From positions 1,364,001 through 1,428,000 of the forward strand of contig NOWV01000001.1 in NCBI GenBank assembly GCA_003344405.1: a stretch of 64,000 nt of DNA, given 5' to 3'. This document shows, piece after piece, positions 1-14,880 of the stretch (position 1 is the stretch's first letter; each line of letters begins with the position of its first letter). A model generated the notes under the pieces. The model searched no databases and had not been told where the DNA came from. It saw only the letters and a program-made list of their open reading frames with translations. The stretch comes from Trichoplax sp. H2 (lineage: Eukaryota). The position numbers were made by a program, and so were the translations under genes.

Positions 1-14
1 TCTCGTAGAATAGT

Positions 15-960
15 ATACCACTTTATCTAGTAAGCTTTCATAATTTAAGCTAGGATAATTGCATTTTAGACCTATCCATAGATCATCTCCTAGGAATGGA
101 GGGGGCTGAATGATAGCATACCACTTTATCTAGTAAGCTTTCACGATTTAAGCTAGGATAATTGCATTGAAGATCTATGCATAGATCATCTTCTAGGAAT
201 GGAGGGGGCCGAATGATAGTATGATGGAATGGTACCGTTAATTATTGTATCGCTATATATTAGACCTATCGATTTTAAACCCATGTCGTTGGTGAGTAAT
301 CTTTTCCTGAGAGGGGGAGGGAGTAAATATCATAGGATTTCATCGTTAATTAGAGTTATAACTTCTATATAGTTTCTGTTCATCATATTCGGTAGTAATA
401 TGGGATCACAATGCGTTATAAGATTATCCCGTTAAATATTTGTCAAATCGCCTACTTAACCGATCGGTGCAAATTTGCAGTAAGATAGCGATCCCTGTAG
501 ATCACTTGATAGCTTTGTCACGGGATATAGGATAGCAATTCGTTGATAGTTTAGTAATAGGATAATAGCGACCATAGGATTGCACCGTTAAACATTGTGC
601 AGTACGTATACTTGATGTCTTGATTCTTACAGGATAGAGATCTGATAAATTAGTCGATAATTTAGTAATAGGATAATAGCGATGCGTTAAACATTGTATA
701 CTGGATCGATCGATTCTGATCTCCTATGGAATGGCGATTTGATAAATTAGTTGATAATTTAGCAATAGGATAATAGCACGTCGTAGGATTCTTCACTTCT
801 AGCAATCGGATAAATTAGTTGATCATTTAGGATAATAGCAATAATAGGATTGCAATAATTGATAATTTAGTCATAAGATATTAGCACATGGTAGGATTGT
901 GAGCTATCAAGCATTGTATACTGGATCGACCGATTCTTCATCGCTATGGGATCGCAATCT
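15..960. repeat. ~103-bp direct duplication followed by a degenerate minisatellite
   Basis: ataccactttatctagtaagctttca...ctaggaatggagggggc occurs at about 16-112 and 118-215. The motif gataatttagtaataggataatagc recurs in variant form through 540-900. Confidence 0.75.
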
Positions 961-3900
961 GGTACATCAGTAGGCAGTCTAGTTATTCGGTCATCTCACA
1001 TCAGAGGATTCTACTATTTAATTACCTAGCGTTAATGTATTTTAGATCGAGTGATCCTGGCGATCTCGTTAATAAGATGGTCTAATTGCTATGAGATGAT
1101 TCATAACACATCGCAAAGTTCTACTCTATCGTCTAAGATTGTATAACTGTTTGATCATAGGATTAATTGATCTCTCTTCTAGTAAGTGTTGCTAATTTGA
1201 GTTATAGCCAATTACACGATGGCTTTCTAGTCATTAGTAGCATTCCATCACAAAATTCTATCGTGAAGTATTGGCTTGCAAGGCAGGTAAACAACAAGCT
1301 GTTGGGATTGGTGTCTGCTGCTTAGCACATTGTGCATTTGCATGGGATGATTGGATTGTACGTTACTTTATTATGGTGGGAATATGGGTGAGATATTTAC
1401 AAGTATGATATTGTTGTCATAAATGTTGTTATCAATGAGCTATGCTTTGCTCGTTGACGGCTGATTGCATTATACTAAATGTTTAGGCGAGGAATAGGCC
1501 TAAATAAGGCCTTGAATCGCAGATAAGTTTGTAGTAATGGAGCAATTTAATGAGACAATTTTCTGTAAAGTACTGAATAGGCGGAGCTGTACCTCTATGC
1601 AAGGAATACAGTACATGAAGATGATCTGAATCGCTTTCATTTATTACCTATTTTTTTTACGCTGTATATTGATATGATAAATTTCACAGCAATCATTTAA
1701 ATCCTTGCTAGCATGATTGGAATATTGTTGTACAACATGGACCTCCAATTCGATGACCAGTACGCGTGCTATATTCATTTGAAGATACTGTAACGAATAG
1801 GTTATATCCCAAGTGATCACGAGTAGAAGAGATTGACGATCTATATCATATAGGCGTATAATTACAGTTTTTTAATCATTCTGCCTAGCAAATAGCTTTG
1901 AAAGATTCCTTGCGCAACTGATATGATACAGGTAGTCTAGAGGAAAGGGATAGTATTGATGCGCAAATGAGTGAAGAATGAGGTAGCTAAGTATGGTTGA
2001 ATCATTGGTAGAAGCAGAATAGTGTCTCAACCTCAACAAGAAGAGTTTAGGTTGGGATCTAGCTGCAACGGTGCTGCAAGTTATGCAGGCACGTACATTT
2101 CACCTTGCAACTTGTCAATGCTGCCTAGCATAAATGATTTTCAGCACTACGTTAGTGTTGGCCGTCTACAGGCCAAACTCGGCAGTCATTTAGCTTACAG
2201 AGTAGGAATACTGTATATTCATTGGAGAATTGCTTTGCAAGCAGCTCAAAGGCGTCGAGCTCGACATTAGCAATAATAACGACAGCACACCTCCACAACC
2301 ACCACCGTAGGGCAAAGGTTCTCTGCAAGGTAATCTATAGTGTAGTCTTGGTTTGTTTTTCGTAGGCGTATGTTTAATCCTCTCATGACCCATATGGCAT
2401 ACGGTAGATGGACAATCTACTAGTTTAGGCTACTAGAGCGTAAAACTGCTCTCGTCTTGGAGCTGCATGTTTGTGCTCGTCTAGTGCTCAGAGGCGTTTC
2501 TTGAACTCAGTGTATCATCCAGCATCGACCATACTATATAGCGACATGGATCAACTCTGCTGATGAAAGCGACGTAGACTACCCCAATAAGAGCATCCAT
2601 TTTATAAAACTGCATGTGTCTTGATACAAGACTGTCTTACATGAAGTATGATAATATAGCTTGCCCTGATAATATACAGTACTTGATCTTATTCCGATCG
2701 CGTAACTATTAGCGCATACTGAAGTGAACCAATACGCCCAAGTTGCACACAGTTAAGCGGAAATGCTTATTGTGAATTGAAGGAGGCTCTACTGACGATG
2801 ACTTTGTGTAGATTTAATTTGCCCGTATTTGTAGCTGATCAATAGGTTATTGATCGAGTAGGCTGAAAGATTGAATTTAGAGAGGGAATTGCCTGTACTA
2901 TTTGTCCTATTGCTGAATTAGAATAGAAGGTTTCTATACCGGCAATTGGAGCTCTGTCGATGAAAGTGCCTCCTCTAGTAGTATACGTCATGAAGAGCAA
3001 AGTTTCTATCCAATGCTTGCTAGTCAATCTCTTCTAGTGTAGATACACACCGAGAGTAAAGTTGTTCTACTGTACTGTATATGTTGCTAGTGACAGCAAG
3101 ATTTCTCCACTTGTTGATGGAGCTGTGGCGATGGCAATAATCGCCTCGAGCAGTCTAGCGTACATCCTAAGAGCAAAATTTCTGTACTTGTTGATGGAGC
3201 TCAGCCACTGAAAAATGTCTTGTCTCCTATTGTCAAATACACCCTCATGGCAAAGTGAAGAATTCAACGCTAGCATACTCATTTTTTTTTAATAACGCCT
3301 TGATAAATTTTCCATCACGCTGTTAAGGTACGGACCTGCGAACCCTGCTGAGTTGAAAAATCATTGCAGGGTTGCTTGCAGCACAGTAGGCACGCTGTGA
3401 TAATCTGCTCCATCGTAGTACTCCATCCAAGTTGGCCATGCTGCGGGTGGTGGCATCCAATGGTCATGAATAATCAAGATTGAGTCATACCTGGAAGTCC
3501 CTACTTTGCAGTAGGAGGCCTAGAAAAGAACTAACTCATTTGCTTGACTGCATTTTTAGTCCTGATAGGAAAGCATAAAACGACGAAAGCGATCTCAACC
3601 CTGTCTACTGTATTTTAAAAGTCTACCGGCAAAAAGCAAAATGTAACAATTCCTCTCTACCCAATGATTGCATACGAATTGCACCATTATGACATGAAAA
3701 AAGACACCAAGTCAATTGATGCTACGACAGGAAAATCTTTGTCCTATCTCACTGTCTAGTCTTGTTTACTAATAGTGAATTCTAATGTTAATTACTCCAT
3801 CAATTGCTTTTCCATGTGCACCGCTTGGTGCTGTCCGCCATGATTGAATGGTGCAAACCCTATGCATGTAATATATACGGTATAGTCGATGGAGGACAAC

Positions 3901-6414
3901 CCACATGGCGCTCTTCCACTTTGCCTTGATGGAAGCTGATAGAAACTCCTATTGCTTGAGCAATGTCATCAGTAGCAATTGGATCGTCACTATGGCGTCT
4001 TATTGACCGGCTGATAGATTGACTAGGAGACACGCAGTATTGTAGCCCAAGTTGGTGTCTCGTAGTCATACTGTAGCATAAAGAGTGCCGTTGTGATTTC
4101 TAGCCAACGAATGGTGGGATCGTTTGCCAGAACGTCAAGTGACTCTTGGGTCCTGTACCCTTGTCTCTGCCTAGTGGAGGACGGCGTGGACGATGTTACA
4201 GTACTGTATAAAACAGTCCATTGGTCATTGTATTTTACTATAGAAGCTTGTTGCAACTAGCTTGATATTGTATTTTGGACCGATTGTGGGTAGACTTGAA
4301 CGCTGATTGATTGAACAACAACGCCATGTTGGAGGTATTACTCTGGCTAGAAGCACACACATCTACAGTACAGTATTAGGACTCGATCACTGCAATCCAG
4401 AAGAAATAATCCTCCACTAAATTGCTAGGCAATCCAGAAGAAATAATCCTNNNNNNNNNNNNNNNNNNNNCCTTCCCTCCTAGTAGCCATACTGTGTATC
4501 TTGCGTGGCGATCGAGCCATGAAAGGGGTGAATCGTTCGATGAATGACTTGTCTGAGTGAGTCAGTGTGGCAATTATCATGACTAAAGCAACCGCACCCA
4601 GGTGACTCATGATACAGTCATGTTCTGGGTGGATGTCACCTGCATAACAATAACAACAATAAGTCATTATCTACAGTCAATCACCTGTGCGATCGTGGCT
4701 AACCAAAGACAAAAGACTTTCCAAGTCAATTCTCTTTCTTCTTGTTGATCATCCACGGTGGACGCCATTTCCATCTAATATTGACCAAATGAGTAAGGTC
4801 ATCATGATGGAAGCTTAGCCAATGCAATGGCAAGAGCAGTATCCACATACTGTGGCCGGCCATTGATGAATGATTAGCTTATGTATGCAAAATTGATTGA
4901 CTCTTCACATTAAGCATAACATTGAAAAAAAAACATTGAGGGAAAAAATAAAAATAGCATCATCAAGATTGCTTTTCGATCGATTCATTATCTATTTTTA
5001 AAATTAATCTTATCTATCTTTTTGCATATTCAACTTGGTAGGTCTATTGTTTGTCTATTCTTTCTATCTACTCTACACTCTGTTATCTATTGTTGAGCGC
5101 ATTATTGTATTATTTGTCACCGATTCTTTTTTTTTTTTCCACCTGGAGATTGAATGATTGTTTTCTATGCCAATGATTGGCACGTTGTCCAACAAAAAAT
5201 GCAATCGCTAGTCATTGCCTTCGGACACCGATCAATCTTGCCTAGTGGTAACAATAGAATGATGTTCTAGTCCACGCGTTAATACATTTGCATCAGCCTT
5301 TTGAGAGCGAGCTAGCAATTGCTTTAGTCGGTAGTAAATACGCGTAGATCAATTACCTTGATTCAATACACATCATAGCATTTATCATTATTAGCATTCA
5401 TTTGCCAAACCAATCGATAGAGACAGAGAGAAAGAGAGAGAAATCATTTGCGCTCCAGCCAAAATTGAAAAGTGAGATAGCCTTATTTTTTGCGGGCTAG
5501 ATAGAAATAATTATTATCAATATCCAATGACCTCGTATCGATTAAATTGGTACAATAGATAAAAATGAATACAGACTTGGATGCAAAAAGGAGAACGTCC
5601 ATGTAGAATTAACTGTTGAAATTTGCCCTTGAATTAACATCTTTTGTGTTGATGTGTTGCTAGTGTGGATGGATAGTTAGCTTATCTTATTACATCTTGA
5701 TTATTATTTTTATTAGGTTGACTTGGAAATTACAAATTGTCTATCCACATCATCAACAGAATCCGGTATTGTTATTATCAAGACGATTAAAATAGTAAGT
5801 AAAGAATGCAATAGAAAAGTAGTCATCAAGACATGGATAGCTAGGAGCGTATACTTACTCCATACACATCAATACACAGAAAAAGAAATAAACAAAACTT
5901 GTAAAGAATAATCGACTCTACTTTGATCATCATCATCGTCCTCATCATAATAGTATTACTCGTAGTAGCCTGGCTAATAGTAGTAGTAAGAAGTATAGTA
6001 GTAGACTTGGTGCGCTTTGAAATTTTCATTTTCAATCATTGACATTTGCACTGTAAATTATTCAAAAGTTAAGTAAAAAGTTGAAAGCAACTTTTGTCTG
6101 TCGAATAGGAAATCGTTCTTTCATTTTACTCTACATCATTCTTCTTACATTACACGTATAAGCGATTACATAACGATACGTACAACTTTCAATATTAATC
6201 GCCTTTAAGTAGAGAGTGAGAAAAAAAAAATTAGACTCAGCAGTCATTGGTATTTATATCTCTTTCTTTTCTTTCTTTCTATCGATCAACCTCTACCTGT
6301 GTATGTATATATATTTATTGATATATATGCTGAATCGACATCGACTTTAAATCAACCATTATCCAATCTCCCACTCCTAAAAAAAAATTGCATTAAAATA
6401 ATATTGCATAAAAT

Positions 6415-9400
6415 ATGAACAAGATGGGTTTAGAAGAAACGATTGATCATCATCGTCAGCAAGACCAACCACAGCAACAGCAAGAGATGAATAAAGATGG
6501 ACAAGAAATACCTCTAACCAATAATAATAATAATGATCATCAGAATAAGCTGGAAGCAACGCTTTGCAATAATCAACCCCAGCAAGATATCAACGAAGCC
6601 AACAATAAAAATGATCAAGCAACATGCAATGATACAACTACAACGACCATAGCTTCTACGCCAGCTGCAAATCAAGATAGTGGCAATAACACCAATGATA
6701 AAACCACTACATCAAGTTATATTCATTATCAACAGAAACCACCTTATTTGCAAAAGGATACTACCTATACCAAACTCTTTGTTGGTGGTTTGCCTTATCA
6801 TACTGATGATGATTCATTACGTGGTTATTTCGCAACTTTTGGCGAGATTGAAGAAGCTGCCGTAATTTATGATCGACAAACTGGTAAATCCAGAGGATAT
6901 GGATTTGTAAGTAATCGTTTTCCTATTATTATTTTAGACTTTACAGTGGATTATATGTAGGAAGGAAAGATATGATTTGCATGATCCTTTGTTTGATTGG
7001 TTAACGTCGACCATTAAGCAATCTAGCTTTGAAATCCTACATCACAGAATGAGCTAAAAGCTATCGTTTTCCAAAAATATCGTATCAATCTATTGACATT
7101 ATCTTTTCCCCCATAAAAGTAAAATACCCTATCAAAAGAAAAAATTGGTTGCATGATCCATTCGTAGCCTAATGAATATTATTATTATTCAATCAGGTTA
7201 TACATACAATCTTATTTCATACTCTAATAGAATTTCAATGAATCTAGTTCATAATCGATTTCCCTCTAAAATAGAATACTATAACAAAAAATAGACCTAA
7301 AACTTTCCTTATCGCCTGTAGTAAAAATCACAACAGTACGCGCTTTGTGGTGATAGTAATCGACTTTTCCTTGGATTCAACTTTATTTTATTCATTCATT
7401 TTTATGCTATACTGCCGTAATTTTTCAAAATAATATCCTTCTTAGTTTTATTTTTAGTTTTGATAATGATCGAAATAATATTGATGATTAGGAAATACGA
7501 ATAGAAAGGAAGATTGATAAGATCTCCTTTGAAAATAGTAATTTTCCATTTTTTTCATGTCGCTTGATTCCGAAATGATTTTCAAAATTTTTAAATTTTA
7601 ATAGATCCTATGCATGGCATTGGAAAATGCATTTAAATGATTAATAATAATCACTCCATATCTCCATCACGCTAATTACTATAAATCTTTTATCATTTTT
7701 TTTCTATTTTTATTAAATGATTTGCATCAACTTTTTCAACTACAGCTTCCTTAATTCACTACTTGACAAACTAAAGCTATTGTTGTTGTTGTTGTTGATA
7801 TGATGATTCAATCAAGTCATAGTCTAAGTAGTCAGATATTATTTTAACTTGGATAGGTAAAACTAACTTATTTTACTTCACAAATTAATGTTGATCTTTC
7901 TTGACTTCTTACCGTTATTAATATAACGTTCACAATTTCTTTCAATAGTCTACAACATACTAACAATAGATTTTACTTTGGACTTTCAATCTAGTTGATT
8001 AAGGAAATGTATTAAATTTTTTTTGTCGTTTTCTCTCGACTCTCGTCAGCCAACTGTTTAGCAAATAAGGATTGGCTAACTCTTGTTTTTATTTTATTGG
8101 CTATGGTAGAGGTGTTGGGCAATGATTCATTACTATCTGCTTAGATAATATTCTACAGTTTACCGAGTATATCAACAATAATCATTACTGATTATTTCCA
8201 TTCCAATTCATTATAATCATGTAATGAATTGTAAAAAATTGGACAACTTCTAATTCTATCTTTATTTTCTACTTTAATTGTCCAATTACTTGTTCTAGTT
8301 AGTCTTAATACCTAGTAATAGCGAGTACAGTAATAGAGGAAATAAACAAAGAAAAAATTCTTTTTCCTCGCTTGTAAAATTAGATTTCCTTCTAAAGTGA
8401 GCCATAACAATGTTTAACTTGATCCAGTAGTAAGAAAAAGGGAGATAAAATTTGCATCTCTAATCTAATTAGTAATAAATCAAAAATCAATATTAGCATT
8501 GATATAGAAATTGAATCACATTTCCCATTTTTCTTCTACCAATACCGTTAAATTGCATTTTTATGCTTCGCCAATTTTCCAGCGGGATAAATCGGCGTTG
8601 ATTTTGGTATTCTAATATATCTATAGTGCATTAATTTATCTATCAATTTTTTTGGTCCTACCCTAATACTAGATGATGGAATCAATGGATAGTTTGATGT
8701 TCAATCTTTTACTGTAATGAAGATAGGTAATAATGTACTCGAAAAGTAGATCATACAAGATAAATAAGTTCTATCTACATAATATCTTAAAACTGAATCT
8801 CCATTTTCTTAACCCATACTGTGAATAAGTGCAAAGATAATAGCTTGTATGACATAAGAATCTTACTTATCCAATTTTCATGATAAAAGAGACAAGTGCA
8901 TCCAGGATCTATAACAATGATGATCTGCATCCTTTGTAGAGACTGTAAAGAGAGGATAGAATTTATATTCCAAGATCCAAATTGATTTCATTTTGATTTA
9001 GAAGATCAACATAAATCCCCGGAGATCGGATATTAGTACTGGATAATATTATCCTCAGTAATTGAATTACACTAGAATGGAGATATTTTTTCAATTTAAA
9101 AGTTATTCTTTTTCTCCTTTTCAAGCTCTATAATACAATCTACTAATAGACTTGTTCTTTAAAACTTATATTTTACAGCTTTTTTCTTAATCAAGACATC
9201 GTATTTTATTTTGTCATTAATGACTGGAAAAGTAAACGAGATATTAAAGAGATATATTGAATTAGTCAATGCAATTTATCCAATCGTTAGGACAAAAAAT
9301 ATTAAATTTGATCCACTTGATAAATCATCAATATCATTGATGATGGACTGAAATTTTATCTTGATGAAATCAAGCAACAAGAAATTCCATCGTTCTAGTT

Positions 9401-12400
9401 ATTTTTGAAAGTCTGTTTTCATCGGAATCTATAGAATAATTACAGGAAAAAAACTATAGTGATAATCTATTATGATCAAGATTGAATGACTACGAGTATA
9501 CGTTATATTGGACGGTATTAATCATTGCAAAAACAACCGGATATTCTGTTTAAGCTGTAATTAAATAATCATTTGTTCCTTCTTTTCTTCATTGACTATT
9601 ATCCCATCATTTTTATTTTCTTTTTTTAAAGTATTGTTTGCCTTTTATTCTTTTCTCTTAATAAATTGAATTGTGTTTTAAATTAAATTAATTTCTCTTT
9701 TTTTGTCTGTAACGTTTGTTAAATTATTCATATATAGAAGTAATCGAATTGAAATCAATGAAGCTGATTGTGCGTTATAGGCCTTCTTGTTAAGTTTATC
9801 ATCAGTCATGGCAAATATTCATTTGATTTCTCGATACCTATTTCTATTTTCTACCCTATTCGTCGACAATGTCAATAACCATATGATCAAAGTATTCTTT
9901 CCTGTTCTCTATCATCCCCAATTTGAATGTACAACATGTTACCACTCCATCTATTTTTTCTCCGCCTCTATAAAAATTAATTTAACTAATTGAAAATAGA
10001 TATTACAAACGATTAGTGTTAAAAATTAAATAATCAATTTCTTATAAATCAATCTTTTCAACCCAACAGGTGACTATGGTGGACAAAGAAGGAGCTACTC
10101 GTGCATGCAAGGATACAAATCCAATTATTGATGGTCGTAAAGCTAACGTTAATTTAGCTTACCTTGGCGCTAAACAACGTCCTAATGGCAACGGTTATTA
10201 TCAAAATGGAACAGTACCAAATCATGTTAATATGAATAATAATTATAACCAAGGTAAGTAGGATTAATTCTCAACCGTTATTAGCTGTCATTCAATATGG
10301 TAGGTTAATACAAAAAGTATAAAACTGATGCATTAGATCTACTTTAATTTGGATACTTGAGCTGGGCTTCCTTGATTGCCTTTTTTAATCGTAACATGGA
10401 AGCAGATTGATTACTACGGTACTAACGATGATAGAATAAGATATCAACCATATTAACATGGAAGTAGATTGACTGATTGATTAATGTAGTACCAACGATG
10501 ATAGAATAAGATATTAGCTATGTTAACATGGAAGTAGATTGACTAATGTACGGGACGATAGAATAGAATATCAGCCATGTCAACATAGAAATAGATTGCC
10601 GAAATTTTCAAAAGATAAAATAACCCAAGCACGGACATTAAGAGTTATTTCTATATGTATATGTAATATATTGTCAGAGCACCATCATGATGGAAATAGA
10701 GAACACACATTAACAAGTCAGAATAGATCAGCTATTGAAACAACGTTGTCGTAATTTATTATCCTTTCGTGCATGTACTGATTCCTATTTAAGGTAGAAT
10801 GTAGTCACGAAAGTAGTGCTTCATATCCAATGAGAGTAGTAATAATAATATAGAAAAGAAAGTAATGGATTTATGCCATCCTTACAGCGATGAAGAAAGA
10901 TAGCGTTTTCAACCGTTTACTAAAACTTTCAAACAAATATTAAATGATTCATTCAGTTATAATTATAATTAATTAGTAGCTATAGCTTTAAAAGAATTAG
11001 TTAGAATATTTTAAAAACTGAAAGAATTACAGTATAAAATGGTACAAGAATCCAGTAATAAGGTAGATAATTGAATTATAGCCTATTTCACAAGTATAAA
11101 AAAAATTACTAAACCTATATTTACAAAGTAGTAAAGTTTTTTACTTTATATTGGACTTCCTCAAAAGATTGTTGATATTGCACTCATTAACCTTTGGTAG
11201 TAGAATCTAGCAGTATATTAATAATTATGTAACGTATTCCGATATTATTATAAATTATATACTGTAGAATAAAGTAACACTTACTGGGATATTTAAAATA
11301 CAATCTAACTTAATTAAATTAACTACATTAGAAGAATAATTTTTAAACAATTGAACTCACATACTGCAGCAGACTGTAAGACCATATTGCGATGTTGAAT
11401 CTTGATCAAAAGAACAACTATACACTTTTCATACATAAAGTTCTATTAGTAGAGGGAGGAGATTTCTAAGTGATATCATCAAGTTTATGCCTATCTTTTA
11501 TAATTCGTTAAAGTTTTGTGTCGTTATTACGTGATATATTGTAGAACCATTTACGTACTCTACATAAGTAGTTATTAAAACGCAATTAGTTCTAACTTAT
11601 TTAATGCTAATAATATTTTTTATAAATTAAAAACTTATATTACTAATTCCGTATGATAGATATTAATATTTCATGCCCGTTATTTTTATGGTTCTATAAG
11701 ATATGATTTATTTCCAAGTTGAATTATTCTATTGTACGGTTCACACATATAATAGAAGAAAAGCGTCTCTGATATTGACATAATACTGAATATATGTTTC
11801 ATTTTCAAAGTATTTGATGTATTGAGGTTATCCTAGGGCAGAAATATCAGTGCATATTTCGATATGACTTAAATAGAAATATAGTTTTAACTTCGTAGCT
11901 TGGAACTTGATCGAAATTTTGAAATAATTATAGTTGGTACGCGAGCCTATTCAAATATATTCTAAATTAGAGATGGGTACCGATATTAAATATAAACTAA
12001 ATAAAGTAGATTTCCGTAATTAATTCTTTCTGTAGTATCGAGATCAAACCATCTAAGCTCTCTATTCCAGTTGCTGCAACTCATATCATGCACGATGTGC
12101 ATTTTAATCATCAATAGCTATATAATTTAAAAACGTTAGTAATTTGCATCAGTAATGCTATATGCGCATTATATTATCGATTGCTATATAATTCATCAAC
12201 GTTAGTAATTCATATCCGTCATCTATTTCAATGCTATAGCTACGACCAGAATTGTTCAAAGCAGTAATAAATCTGGCGTAATAACAACAACGAGTGGTTC
12301 TAATTACCAATCGACATCACAAAATCAACATTTCGGGTAAGTAGGCATACTATTCTACTCATAATTACATATATTATCTTTGAAATGCCACGTAATTTTC

Positions 12401-14880
12401 CAATGTCACGTCAATTGATCATACGCAGCTTATCATCAAGTTAAACATTTCATGATATATTTACCATAATAAATTTAATATAAACATTTTATAAATCTAA
12501 CTATAATTGTATTATTCAAAGAACGTTATTATATTTTCTACTAATAGTTTTTATGTTTATTTGAACATGTCATCGCAATAGACATTTCATACGATAACTT
12601 TGCCACAGTATTTTTTATATTAGTATAGTGAAATGCAAGAAATATCCTTTACTATCATTGGAGAAAGTCATAAAAATTAACAAAAGAGTAAATGATTTAA
12701 TGACGTTATTCAACATTATCACTTAAACCCATTGATAAAATACTGTATGAGTAAGTATTTTAGCATACTAAATCAAATTATCAGATTAGATTAATAGAGT
12801 GATAAAAAGTGCATAAATTGGTTAGTATAGATTTAGATTGATTTTCTAAGCTATTGTAACCTGGAAACAATCATTTCAGTTGAATAAGGATGCTCCAATC
12901 TAATTTATTAACAGTGCATATATCGCTATCACGATTTTATACATTAACTTAAAAAGCCTAATTAATTAATAATTTCTTGGAAGTTCGAATAGACAATAAT
13001 TGAATTAATTTTAACCTCTGACGTCGTATCCGCCTTAATTTAATCATTTCTCTACGCTGTTTTTATCTCTTATCAATCAACTTTAGTAGCAGTTAAGATT
13101 TTAGGCGCGCAAGTTTAGAATAGTAACAATTTACATTTATAGCATTAGAAGCAATACTATGATCGTATATTCGCTCATTTATTTATACTTTTCCCAAATT
13201 GATATGGTAGATTAATTTCAATATCAATAGAAATAAATTATTACGCGGAGTTCAGAATAAGAAAAAAATGTTTTTAAATACTAACAATAATTAATTAAAA
13301 AATTGCCTAAGTAGAAGTAATCAATACAGCTATTATTTGATGTCTAATTTTTCTTAGTCAAAATGTCGACATAAATTACGGCGATAAGAAGAAAAATAAA
13401 CAGCATATTCTTTTTATTACAATCATTTCTTTCTATTACCTGATTAGATATTGTACATAATAATACGTAATTTGGCTAAGCCGCAAATATTATCAATTGA
13501 ACGATGTGGTGATAAACAGCAGCGTATAATATACATAATTTATTATAGAATTTATTTGTAATGTATTACTGCGTGTTGTTCCTAAAGTTTGTCAGCTATC
13601 ACTTTTATTTTTATTACAATTACAATAGAAATAACCAATGAAAGTATTAACCGGACAATAATTTAAACATTAGTGAAAAATTGTAAACTAATGACGTTAT
13701 CTTAATTTTTTCAATATTTTTTTTGGACGCAATTACGTCATTGGAGTTTGGCGAGATCATTTTACTACATTATAAAAAGCGGAAGTAATGATAAATAACT
13801 CATTTTTCTTTTAAAACCATCATTAAAGAAGAGATAGAAATACAACATCATTTCTTTTATAGCTAATAGAATGCAAGGAATAATCTATCGGACTATATTA
13901 CTTTCAATTATTATCAAGGAACTTCCTTCAGTTATCTATAGCTTTTTATATAAAAAGTATTGATGGAAGCTGGAGTATATGATAATAAATGAATGAAATA
14001 TTGAATGTTAATTCACTTTTGGTTTACCTGATTTGAGTATAAATAAAATTCTAACCTACAGCACTACGACTCGTTATCACAAATAACTTTCATTTATGCG
14101 CAAGTATTCAACATACATGTTAGTCTTTATACATTTACCTGTAGTTATACTCATATTTTTATCTTGACATACTGTGTATACTTACGTAGACTTCATTTAT
14201 TCAATCTAAAATCGGTAAATACATACAACTACAGAATTAGATTTGTCCTAGCATATTTATGGAATTTAATTCTTTCTAATTGAAGATAATAATCTGAGTA
14301 GCATATATCCAATGTTATATCTGCTTGTCCTTTAAGATCTGTTGTTTTTCGTAACCATATCAATCGATTTTATTTATACCTACGTTCAATTCTTAGATTA
14401 CTAAATCAGATTTATCAGTGTAATATACTAAATCAATCTAATTCTGTATTTATATTAATTCCTTTCTTAAATATGTGCTATTGTATTACGTATTATAGAA
14501 GGATTCAGCAGCAATATGCAACTGTATATCAACAACAATATTATATCCAACCAGTTCCTCATGCGCATCAAGCTATGGTAACATATGCAACAACACCTTT
14601 AGCTCCAATACAACAGCAGCAACAGCAGTCAGTTTCACCAACTTATTATGATTACATTCCTTATTCACCTACTACTCAACAAGTTTCATCACCACCTTTT
14701 ATTAATAGCAACGGCAATCGTATTTTCTTCGATCAATTGCCATATTATAATCAACAATCACCCATCATGGGGCAACAAGTATTTCAACAGCCGACCTTTT
14801 TACCTCAGCAACAAATGCTAGTTGCTTCGGCTACAACACCAACTCAATTTCAACCTCAACCGGTTGATAGAATCATGTAA
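6415..14880 (+). CDS. RBM24: RBM24/RBM38 (SEB4/SUP-12) family RRM RNA-binding protein, 4 coding exons, ~384 aa
   Basis: Exons 6415-6906, 10070-10253, 12240-12336 and 14499-14880 have GT-AG boundaries and consistent phases (0,1,2). The RRM reads [17 protein letters not shown]...[43 protein letters not shown], which is diagnostic of RBM24/38. The C-terminus PVDRIM resembles the family's DRMQ end. Confidence 0.93.
10392..10600. repeat. Short intronic tandem repeat (~60-70 bp, 3-4 degenerate copies)
   Basis: aacatggaag(c/t)agattga...acgatgatagaataagata is repeated in RBM24 intron 2. Confidence 0.75.

Noticed and set aside
4393-4450. Direct repeat caatccagaagaaataatcct
   Set aside because: Short and abutting an N gap, so probably a contig-end artefact.
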